Assembly: GCA_000002435.2 (NCBI GenBank)
Contig: CM018793.1
Source of the DNA: Giardia intestinalis
Lineage: Eukaryota
Direction: 5' to 3' (one strand)
Length of the DNA: 64,000 nucleotides
In this document: positions 10,359-19,170 of the stretch, piece by piece
Layout of the letters: the number at the start of each line of letters is the position of its first letter
How positions within the stretch are numbered: position 1 is the stretch's first letter
The notes under the pieces: generated by a model
Told to the model about the DNA's origin: nothing
Seen by the model: only the letters and a program-made list of their open reading frames with translations
Databases searched by the model: none
Position numbers and translations under genes: made by a program

Positions 10359-10612
10359 TAGGGGCCCAACGACGCCGACTCAGCAAAATTTACTGACTGA
10401 AATCAAAACTGATAAACCAAGCCCCGCACCAACCAAGAAGGGGGACACCGGGCTATCCAGAAGCATTGCCAGGCGCACAGAAAAGGATATGCACAAAGGA
10501 ATTTTCTTTGCTCAATAGGAAGAGACGCGTTGCTTCGTGCTGACAGGCTTATAAAGCAGCTGACGCGTTCCTCGTGTCTTACACAGAAACCTCTGTCTCT
10601 CTGCCGGATCAC

Positions 10613-11330
10613 TCATTGAATACTGCTCCCTTTCAATGAAGCCCCTGGGATCTGAGCAAACTCAGGCCAATACCCCCGATCCAAAGCGCAGAGAACGCAG
10701 ATTGGAAGATCGGCTGGTCCAAGAGAAGAGGGGATTCTAGATGGAGGTTGGTTCACAGGACCAAGCGGACTCAGGGATCGCAGAGTCTTTTGTATAGTTG
10801 TGGAGGTAATTGTCGGTATCCTGCTCACCGTGCGCCTTTCTTTTTCCAGAGGTGGAAGTGCTTGCCACCTGTGAGAGGATAAAGCGTGAAACTCAGCTGT
10901 TAGATTCGGAAATAAAACGGGTGCTGCAGGAGTAATGGATGGCCTACGGGAGGCATTGAAACTTTGCTGTGTACTCCTGTTCGTCATCGTGCAAGGCTGA
11001 GAAGAACGACAGAGTAGGGTAGGGTACGTTGTAATCAGCTCTGCCTCCATCGAGCCGGTGCGCTCATGATGGATAAAGTCTCTTTGTAAACACTGCCCAG
11101 AGGTATCCTCATGTGGTGCTTGTGGTCCTGCATTCATGGTAACTAACTTCGAGGATGTGCTCCGGCCAAATGTTTTGAAATTGCTGGGATCAACTCTAGA
11201 ATAGCCTAAGACTTCTTCTATGCAGGCGATGGACTTTCCAAAGAGCTCCTCAGAGGCAGGATCCTCAAGAGAAAGGATCCGTTCAGAAAGGTCTGGCCGG
11301 GCAAGAAGCTCGGATGCCGCTTCCGTGAGC
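10613..11330 (-). CDS. Hypothetical protein. The track ORF reaches 11476 only through a GTG, and the first ATG is at about 11330 with an A-rich initiator.
   Basis: The ORF starts with a GTG codon (revcomp of cac at 11474..11476). The ATG with the upstream A-rich initiator GAGAAAAAAGCTCATG is the more plausible start. Confidence 0.4.
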
Positions 11331-11481
11331 ATGAGCTTTTTTCTCTGCTTGGATGCGATTTTGGGATCGACATGGCGGAATACAAGTCTCGCGTCGTCAT
11401 GGCTCTTAGAGATATCGGAGATCAAGTCTGTAGAGAAGGATACCTTCGTATCTGGTTTGCTATTCAACGGGCCCACTGCTT

Positions 11482-12150
11482 TTATATTTGTGGCAAATCA
11501 TCTGATGTATCTGTGTATGTAGCGAGGGTGGCACTGAGAACGGTAGAAAGTTTACGAAGACTATACAATTTGCTGACCGTCCTTCCCCTCAAGCACTGAT
11601 GTGAAAGCTCTGCCGATCTAACGGGCCGTCCGTGAAGCAGCGGTCCTAGAATGATGGCCCTGTTGATCCCCTGGACAGCAGCAGCGCGGGCCAACGGGGA
11701 CTCTTCTACTTGGCTTATGCTGGGCACCTCTGCTGGGCACAGGCTGCCATTGAGTGGCATGGGTGAGACGGCCAGCCCGATACTGACAGCCTGCTCACTG
11801 GGTTGCATATCGTGATCAAGTATGCGTATGACAGCAGACTCATTGGAGTCAGCAGACCCCCTCTCTACGGGAGTACATCCTATGTCGATAGTCTCACCGG
11901 CGGAACTACCTCTCAAGTGTATATTCTCAGCGGCTTTGGCAGCAATTTCAATAGTAGGAGCTGTGGCAGAACGCGATGTGTGCCTCTTGTCTTCAATCGC
12001 TTTGGAAGTCATAGCAGGTACTGGTTCCCATAATGCTGTGTCGAGGGGAGTGAGCTGGATGCAGCTTTCTTCCTCAATAGTAACTAGGCGTGGCTCCTGT
12101 GCTTGTGGAATGCCTACGAGAGGGGATAGCAAGGGTCTTTTAGTCCTCAT
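11482..12150 (-). CDS. Hypothetical protein (222 aa).
   Basis: It has an ATG start at 12148..12150. Only 7 nt of AT-rich sequence separate it from the divergent ATG at 12158. Confidence 0.45.
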   Translation of the reverse strand: MRTKRPLLSPLVGIPQAQEPRLVTIEEESCIQLTPLDTALWEPVPAMTSKAIEDKRHTSRSATAPTIEIAAKAAENIHLRGSSAGETIDIGCTPVERGSADSNESAVIRILDHDMQPSEQAVSIGLAVSPMPLNGSLCPAEVPSISQVEESPLARAAAVQGINRAIILGPLLHGRPVRSAELSHQCLRGRTVSKLYSLRKLSTVLSATLATYTDTSDDLPQI

Positions 12151-12157
12151 AAAATAA
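12151..12157. promoter_or_regulatory. Shared 7-bp AT-rich element (AAAATAA) between divergent start codons.
   Basis: The sequence is cat-aaaataa-atg. The minus gene starts at 12148..12150 and the plus gene at 12158..12160. Giardia promoters are short AT-rich initiators immediately at the ATG. Confidence 0.45.
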
Positions 12158-13312
12158 ATGGGCGAAACGGATATTTTGCCATCACGGCAGGCTTCCCCAA
12201 GGGCGAGTGCAGAAGCCTCTGCGCAGCTCTATAAGCCGTGGGAGTACTTGAAACGCGCACAGGCCCTCCAGCCGAACCTACAAGAGACCAGCCCGTGTCA
12301 GCGAGGGCCTTACAATCTAGCCTCCGAGGATCCCGGAGACAGAATACCCCTGTCTAAACATGATCGGCTAGTGACAAGCCCGCAGAAAATCGATGATGCA
12401 GACGGGGTCGCGCTTCCGGTTCTCCGTCAACCGCCTTCCGTCAAGGAAGGTGTGGCTGGGCGGTCTAAGAAGCGATCTTCCAGCTTGGCTACAGTACGGG
12501 CTACAGCCGGAACTGCCGACTACTCCTCAGCAGAGCCTCGCAGCGGTAAGCGTGCGCCTTACCAGAACCTAAACCCCATTCGGTATCGACTTTTCCTTGA
12601 CCAACTATCGTTCCGCAAGAAGACGAACAGTGTTCCAGAGCCCAGCCTGCTCTTGTCTCCACTCGAAACCAGCCTTCTCTCCAACGACAAGCAAAGACTC
12701 CCCGCCGCAAAGCCATGGATTGGATTCCGCTACAACCTGAAACGATCGGATCCGGTAGTCTTCTCCCCTGTTCTCGTCACTAACAGTGATTTATTGGATT
12801 ATGACGGCGCCCCTAGCCTGGCAGACTCACATCGATATAAGATGTTCACTCAGAGCGGGAGCAAATCCATGACAGTCAGCGCTCCGGTCCTGCAGACGAC
12901 TCCCTTAAACTCCTCAACTATCCTTTCTAAGGCTGATGAGTCTCTTCTCTGTGGCTATAACACCATTAGTGCATGCAAGAAAATGCTTGCGCGGTCATTT
13001 TCCAAGCGATCCTCCAGTACAGTCACCCACCGAAGCCTGTCTACCGGTCTAGCAGACGCAGAACAGACCAAGAGTACGACCAACAGCCCGTACGACTCAA
13101 TTTTGCTGGAATTTGCAGACGATGTTGTTCCATTTGCTGAATCATCCAATCACACTCCTCACCAACGGGCCCTAATCAAGGCTCAAGAGCAGCGAATACA
13201 ACACCTAGTAGATACGCAGCCCGATGTGCTAGCAGAGGCCGAGCCCCCCTCCTTTGCCAGCTACTACGTGCGATCAAGAAGGGGGTCCACGGGGATCAAC
13301 AGCGTAAGTTAG
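12158..13312 (+). CDS. Hypothetical Ser/Pro-rich protein (384 aa).
   Basis: It has an ATG start with an AT-rich upstream element and low-complexity composition. Confidence 0.5.
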   Translation: MGETDILPSRQASPRASAEASAQLYKPWEYLKRAQALQPNLQETSPCQRGPYNLASEDPGDRIPLSKHDRLVTSPQKIDDADGVALPVLRQPPSVKEGVAGRSKKRSSSLATVRATAGTADYSSAEPRSGKRAPYQNLNPIRYRLFLDQLSFRKKTNSVPEPSLLLSPLETSLLSNDKQRLPAAKPWIGFRYNLKRSDPVVFSPVLVTNSDLLDYDGAPSLADSHRYKMFTQSGSKSMTVSAPVLQTTPLNSSTILSKADESLLCGYNTISACKKMLARSFSKRSSSTVTHRSLSTGLADAEQTKSTTNSPYDSILLEFADDVVPFAESSNHTPHQRALIKAQEQRIQHLVDTQPDVLAEAEPPSFASYYVRSRRGSTGINSVS

Positions 13313-13449
13313 CGCAATTGCCGGCCCATGGAGTCAGCAGCCCTCTCGGTAAATTATTTTCCTCGTGTTTAGGCTTTACTACTAATCATCACATTTGACC
13401 TACACCTTTGATAGGGTTTAAAACATATTCTTTTGTTTGACAATCATAA

Positions 13450-16400
13450 ATGTCGGGCACTCGTCTTCGGACCGCACCGTCGTACACCCCTGAAGATTTG
13501 GCGAGCGTGATTGCCGGGACCGCCAGTGACGCTGTGATCAAGGCGGTCCTGAACACGGCCGTTGCCAAGCGAGAGCTAGATGTCCTCGAGAGGCTCCGCG
13601 CTGAGGGCCCATTCAGCATCCAGCGCTGCGCAGAGCGCCGTCTGAAGGTTCCGGCCATTGCCAAGCTGATCAGGAACTCGGGCGCGGCTCCTCCTCCCTC
13701 TCTGCCATCGTTCGATTCCTTCACCGGTAACTTTAATCCTTCTATCTTCAAGAGAGCCGTCAAGTCGTTTTACAGGCAGACCCGCCAGCTTCCGTGTGAG
13801 GCGCTTTACAGCGTGTACTTCATCCAGGGCAGCTTTGCCGTTTTCCCCCGTTGCTTTGAGGCGGGCTTCCAGGCCTTTATGCTCAATAAGCTGAGCCTTG
13901 CTTTAGATGACTACAGGGCGAAGTTCACCCTTGACGAGACCCAGACAGCCGAGTCGTCAGATGCGTTGGTGAGGCTCAGAAACATCTGTGCCTACTACGA
14001 GAAGCTGTACTCTCTGGAAGGTATTCGCATCTACTGCTCAGCCCCATCTCAAGGCGTTCCCCTGTCAAGGGAGCAGAGGAAGGCTTGTTCTAGACAGGAA
14101 TTCGCCAACTTCAAAGACCCCCTGGCGGTCAGACAATGCAAGTATCCCCACGAGCTTATCCTGGAGAAGCTTCCCACCAAGGCATTTCTGACGATTCTTT
14201 CGGGATCCTCTTATCCGTCGATTCCCTTCGTTAAGCAGGCAGCCTCGATGAACCCCGTGAAGACTCTTCTGCTGCTCGGCGTCTTGAGCGAGCCCAACGG
14301 CACCGAGGCCCCACGGGTCAACTTCTCCATCTTCGACATGCGCCTCCGCGATGACCTTGTTGTCTATGCGGCCAACGATAGAGGCTTCAAGCTGGCCTAT
14401 TCGTATCACAACCTGACACACTGGTGGATAAACACTTATCTGATTGAGCTTCTGGACACGGGGTTGATGAAGAATCTCGTCAACTCGGGCTACTTCGACC
14501 TCGAAACTGTCTTTGTGCTTACCTTTATGAAGCATCGGGACCCCACTGAAATAGGGCCATCTCTCGACCTCCTTACCTCGTACTTTGCGAAAGTATCACA
14601 GGGGCTCATTCCATTCTTTTCTGGTGACATGATCGAGGTGGATCGGACTCTCCGGGGAGGGGAAAAGGCGGACCCCCATCACGTGCTCGATAAGATGGTC
14701 TCCTCAACCGCGAAGCTGCTTCTCATTTTCCTGGAGTATATGGTCTGCTGGACGCTCGGGATCGGCCGGAAACAGCTTCTTTCGGAGCAAGACCTTGCAG
14801 CTCTGAAGCCGGAGGAGGTTTACACGTGTGTCTCGACCAGTACCATTCTGTCGGCCTTCATGGCGAAGACAAAGAGCTTAGCAAGCGCGCAGTCTGCGTT
14901 CACACTCTACATCCTTGCCCACCAAGTAGCGGTGCTTCACAAGGCCCAGGGAATGGACTGCCCGAAGATCATTTCTAATCTGTCTCTCCAGCAGTACATA
15001 GAGAAGTCGCACCTCCTGACAAACAAGGATGCGCATATCCGCTCTTCTGTTCTTGTCTCTCTCTGCAGACACTGTGAAGCCTTTGCGTCCATGGCCCGCA
15101 TCACGGCTTCGTGCAAGCAGCTACACAAGGTCTTCCTGGACGAGGCTCACGAGACAGCCACATACATCAGGTCCATTGTCGACAAGTTCCTAAAGGACAA
15201 GGAAGCCTTGAGCAACGCTTCCAACTATCTTAACTCGAGATTTGATTCTGATGAGGCCGTTTATAACCTTTTCTATGTTGCGCGGCTCCACGACGTGCTG
15301 TTCCGACTCTGCCCTGAGAAGGCGTCGACTGAGTTTTTCACGAGAGCCTTGAGGGTCTACTTGCGGTTCTCAGGGGATGGTTCGATCAGCATCTCTGATA
15401 GTTACTCTGTCCTCTGTAAAATCTCTACCAGATGGCAGGAAAAGCTTCAGGGAACAATGGATCCCAGCTACAAGTATACTCCGACGCACTACCCGAGCGG
15501 CTGTCTTGTGTCAGTAGAGTATCCGCACCACGTTGACCAGCTGACCTACGACACCTTGTCCAGTGAGATACGGAGTGCCTTGTCGTGTGAAGATCTTTCC
15601 TTGCTCTCCCCTGTGGACATGTCTCGCTACATTGCCCCACGGATTGAGCCGTCCGCCTTCTACGTCGGTCCTGGGTACATGTACAGACGGCACCATCCTG
15701 TCGTTGCAGTCCCACTCCTGTCAGCCTCTTCGGCAGACTCAGTCCTGCTTTCGGTTCCTCTTCGCGTGGCGCCTCGTGACCCGACAAAGAAGGCCGCTAC
15801 GCCATCCCTCAGCGAGAAGACAGAAAAGATTCTCCAGGGCTTGTCCTATTTGCTATTCCGGGACAGGTTTGCCGGCCTGAAGAAGAGCCTGCAACATCTC
15901 GTTCTCCACAAAGACGTCTTGGCTCCTGCCGTGAACGGAGGGGCGCCAGTTGCCGAGAGACTCTTCCAGTATGTGCAGTCTCTTCACAGTTATGTCACGC
16001 GCCTTCTGGGAACTCTGGCTAGAGTTCCAATCTACGACAAGAGCATGCTTATTTGTCACAACAAGGATTTGACAGAGGAACAGGCGCTTTCCCTCGCTAC
16101 AAGAGCCTCCGCGATTGTCCTGAATTATTCCAACAGAAACCTCAAGGACCTGCAGAGTGTTCTTGAAAAGTACATCTCAGTCTTCTTTGAGACTACCCTC
16201 TCCATTAAGAGCGTCAGCGAGCACATCGTGAAGCCAATTTCACTTTTGATTCCGTCGAATGACATGAAGGTATCGCTGCAGCGTAAGCACAATCAACTTC
16301 TTAGGGCGCAGGACCCGTACTTCGCCTCTCCTCCGACAAATGTCCAGATCAGGTTCGACTTCAAGGGCACAGAGGAGTACTACAAAACTCTGATGAGCCT

Positions 16401-19164
16401 CCCCATCATTTCTAAGAACTTGAGGTCTCAGATGAGCACAGACACGGTCACTGCCGTCATCCAGTTTTCCTTGGTTCAGCTTCTTACGGACGACCTCCTC
16501 CCGGTCACCAAGGGAGTCTTCGCTAATTCCTTCAGAGAGAATTTGCTTTTGTACCTGAACTACACAACCCTCTACACAACCCAGAAGAGGCTTGCTGACG
16601 TCATATCTCGCGGGTACGGCACGTTCTTCAGCAACGTCCATGCACACAAGCAGTATGAGAAGGCCTGGAGCTCCCTCGTCAAGAACGTGAGTATAAAGCT
16701 TGACGACTTTGTGAAGGTCCGCGAAGCTATGATTAGCCACAACCACAGGGACTACGTAGAGAACATCTGCAAAGTGCGTACATCCAAGACTTTCATGGGC
16801 GATTGTGAGCATATCTTCTACAAAGCGCTCTGCTTGATGATCGACGACAGAAATCTGAAAGTGGTTGACCAGCTGTCCGACGAGGCTAGGAAATACTTGC
16901 ATCCGTTCGACCCCGACCAGCCCCAGGCACAGCGCGCCTTCGACACAGAAGGATTCAATAGGCTATTTGGGTGGATGATCCTCCTGTGTGAGTGCATCAT
17001 CAGCTATAGCGTTCTCGAGGAGGACGTCCTGGACTCCCCTGACCTTGGCTTCCTTTGTACAAAGCTGGACGACATAGAGAAGATCTTGGGTGCAGCCGGG
17101 CTGCTTTGCAAGGAAAAGGCTTGCACTTTGAACATCGGGGCGTTCATGACTTCTCTCAGGAGCATCTCTACAGGCAGTGGCCTCGCGGTTGCGCACCGGT
17201 CCCTCCTGATCATGCTGTCTACCTCGGTTGTGGTGACTGCCCACCTGGCGCCTGTCCCAGCCGAAAGGTCCAACGTCGATCTTAAGCCTCTGCAGCCCAG
17301 CTTCGTCAAATATGTGAAGGAGCACATCAGGGTGTACATGAGACACGCTTGCCCTGCCCCGGTTCCAATGAAGATGGCGCGGACGGGCATGGCGGCCAGA
17401 GCCTGTGCAGTAGATTCAGCCCAGCCTATGATGCTCTGCGCTGCATCGAATCGTGTTGTCCCAGAACGAGAGACGAAGCGCAAGAAGCTCGTTCGTGGCG
17501 GACGAGGAAATCAGCGTGTCTTTAAGCATGTGGACTATCTGGTTTCGATCATGGCTCGCTTTTATCGTGCCGCCAGCATGAAGCTAGCGATCACTGCGGG
17601 TGTTCTGCTCATTTCCAGCAACACAAATGCCTTTGTCTCCCCGCTGATCTCGATTTTACAGGCATCCGTTTTGAATGAGTCGGATGTCACCTCCGTGATC
17701 GAGTCGTTGGAGGCCATCACGGCCAAGTCCTTCTCCGTGGCATCTATGTCTATGATCGTCAAGATCATCACGCTCCCCGTTCTCCTGCAGCACCCGCGGG
17801 CTCCGGAGTTCTTGTTCAAGAAGGTCGTCTTCTCCCACTTCGACGTCGACCTTCTGCTTATCCGGTGCTGCATCATGCAGTTTAATACCGACCGCGCCAT
17901 GGAGGTCATCGAGCACTACATAGATAGGATCTCCAAGGGCTACCATAATGCGTGTGCAAATCCTGGCAAAGATGATGGAATTGTGGAGTCGCTCAAGATT
18001 GGAGCAACGGACAATATCACAGAGATCCCGCAGGATGATGACCTCGTTGCGTTGCCGAAGAACGTCGAGACCGCCCTGCGCTATATGGCCATTATTCCTA
18101 CCATGCTGAACCCGGAGATCCGTCCCCGTGGCTTCAGCGGGGACATCCTTCCCAAGAGCGACCAGGAGAAGTATCCCCTCATCGTCACCAAGGAGTCGAA
18201 GCGTGACGCCTTCATTGAGCCCGAGCGGATCCTCCGCCTCGTTCAGCTCACTGAGTTCTTGATAGATCTGCCCAATCCATTTAAGACGGGCCAAGTCGCC
18301 GAAATCAAGATGGCGTGGTTCGTCAACGCTGTTACACACGGCTACTTTAAGAAGTCTGTCATGGACACGGCGTTCACGTTTCTGGACAATTGCAACGGTA
18401 AGAGCCTGAAGTACCTGATACCAGGAGCATCCGAGGCGGAGCTCCGCTACCTCCATGAGAACATATCGGCGATCTCTGAAGCGAGTGTCCTCTGCGTCGC
18501 AAGCCTTGTTAGGGCTGGCGAGAAAGAAAAGGAGGACTTCGCCGCCGACAGGTTCATCAACAACATGAAGTTCATCGTCAGCACGGCCACCTCAGAACCG
18601 GATTACCGCGTAGACTCGTGCATCTTCACCTACTTCGATCTTGCTCGGGAACTGGTTCAGCGCCAGCAGGATGCCCACGGGTATTGCTGCGACGCGTGCG
18701 GCGGCGATCGCGTGCCGCATACAGAGTGCACGCTCTACAAGGACATGTGCTTTATGGTCCGACTGATTGAGTGGGCTGCTGAATACAGGACCTCGTTGCC
18801 GGACTTTGTTAAGTTCCGGACTCTCTACAAGAGTCTTCCCATAGACGAGATTGACGCGATGGGCTCGTTCGCCCTCGCGATCGTCAAGAACCACGAGGCC
18901 CCGGGTGAGTCTTCCTGCCTTAATGCCGTAAGCGCTGAATTGGCCAAGTTCGCGACCGCGGCCATCGCCATGGGCGTAAACATTCGTGTGGATAGGTCGT
19001 ACGTGAGTGTCTACACGCCTGTCGTCTATTCCGATGCACCTCTATTCACTCGCGGGATCTTTGCCAAAACCTTCAACCTGCATGACGCTATGAGTGACAT
19101 CTTAGCTCAAATGACTCTTGAGGAGAGGAGCAAGCTGTTTGCATACCTCTGTTACTGTTTGTAG
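13450..19164 (+). CDS. Large hypothetical protein (1904 aa).
   Basis: An uninterrupted 5.7 kb ORF with an ATG preceded by the A/T-rich TTTGTTTGACAATCATAA. An AGTGAAT polyA signal overlaps its TAG stop. No catalytic motif recognised. Confidence 0.7.
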   Translation: MSGTRLRTAPSYTPEDLASVIAGTASDAVIKAVLNTAVAKRELDVLERLRAEGPFSIQRCAERRLKVPAIAKLIRNSGAAPPPSLPSFDSFTGNFNPSIFKRAVKSFYRQTRQLPCEALYSVYFIQGSFAVFPRCFEAGFQAFMLNKLSLALDDYRAKFTLDETQTAESSDALVRLRNICAYYEKLYSLEGIRIYCSAPSQGVPLSREQRKACSRQEFANFKDPLAVRQCKYPHELILEKLPTKAFLTILSGSSYPSIPFVKQAASMNPVKTLLLLGVLSEPNGTEAPRVNFSIFDMRLRDDLVVYAANDRGFKLAYSYHNLTHWWINTYLIELLDTGLMKNLVNSGYFDLETVFVLTFMKHRDPTEIGPSLDLLTSYFAKVSQGLIPFFSGDMIEVDRTLRGGEKADPHHVLDKMVSSTAKLLLIFLEYMVCWTLGIGRKQLLSEQDLAALKPEEVYTCVSTSTILSAFMAKTKSLASAQSAFTLYILAHQVAVLHKAQGMDCPKIISNLSLQQYIEKSHLLTNKDAHIRSSVLVSLCRHCEAFASMARITASCKQLHKVFLDEAHETATYIRSIVDKFLKDKEALSNASNYLNSRFDSDEAVYNLFYVARLHDVLFRLCPEKASTEFFTRALRVYLRFSGDGSISISDSYSVLCKISTRWQEKLQGTMDPSYKYTPTHYPSGCLVSVEYPHHVDQLTYDTLSSEIRSALSCEDLSLLSPVDMSRYIAPRIEPSAFYVGPGYMYRRHHPVVAVPLLSASSADSVLLSVPLRVAPRDPTKKAATPSLSEKTEKILQGLSYLLFRDRFAGLKKSLQHLVLHKDVLAPAVNGGAPVAERLFQYVQSLHSYVTRLLGTLARVPIYDKSMLICHNKDLTEEQALSLATRASAIVLNYSNRNLKDLQSVLEKYISVFFETTLSIKSVSEHIVKPISLLIPSNDMKVSLQRKHNQLLRAQDPYFASPPTNVQIRFDFKGTEEYYKTLMSLPIISKNLRSQMSTDTVTAVIQFSLVQLLTDDLLPVTKGVFANSFRENLLLYLNYTTLYTTQKRLADVISRGYGTFFSNVHAHKQYEKAWSSLVKNVSIKLDDFVKVREAMISHNHRDYVENICKVRTSKTFMGDCEHIFYKALCLMIDDRNLKVVDQLSDEARKYLHPFDPDQPQAQRAFDTEGFNRLFGWMILLCECIISYSVLEEDVLDSPDLGFLCTKLDDIEKILGAAGLLCKEKACTLNIGAFMTSLRSISTGSGLAVAHRSLLIMLSTSVVVTAHLAPVPAERSNVDLKPLQPSFVKYVKEHIRVYMRHACPAPVPMKMARTGMAARACAVDSAQPMMLCAASNRVVPERETKRKKLVRGGRGNQRVFKHVDYLVSIMARFYRAASMKLAITAGVLLISSNTNAFVSPLISILQASVLNESDVTSVIESLEAITAKSFSVASMSMIVKIITLPVLLQHPRAPEFLFKKVVFSHFDVDLLLIRCCIMQFNTDRAMEVIEHYIDRISKGYHNACANPGKDDGIVESLKIGATDNITEIPQDDDLVALPKNVETALRYMAIIPTMLNPEIRPRGFSGDILPKSDQEKYPLIVTKESKRDAFIEPERILRLVQLTEFLIDLPNPFKTGQVAEIKMAWFVNAVTHGYFKKSVMDTAFTFLDNCNGKSLKYLIPGASEAELRYLHENISAISEASVLCVASLVRAGEKEKEDFAADRFINNMKFIVSTATSEPDYRVDSCIFTYFDLARELVQRQQDAHGYCCDACGGDRVPHTECTLYKDMCFMVRLIEWAAEYRTSLPDFVKFRTLYKSLPIDEIDAMGSFALAIVKNHEAPGESSCLNAVSAELAKFATAAIAMGVNIRVDRSYVSVYTPVVYSDAPLFTRGIFAKTFNLHDAMSDILAQMTLEERSKLFAYLCYCL

Positions 19165-19170
19165 TGAATC

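Noticed and set aside
10613-12150. A single gene interrupted by an in-frame stop, which would imply read-through or selenocysteine.
   Set aside because: Codon-by-codon checking shows the two ORFs are in different frames, so stop-codon read-through does not apply. Only a frameshift would join them.
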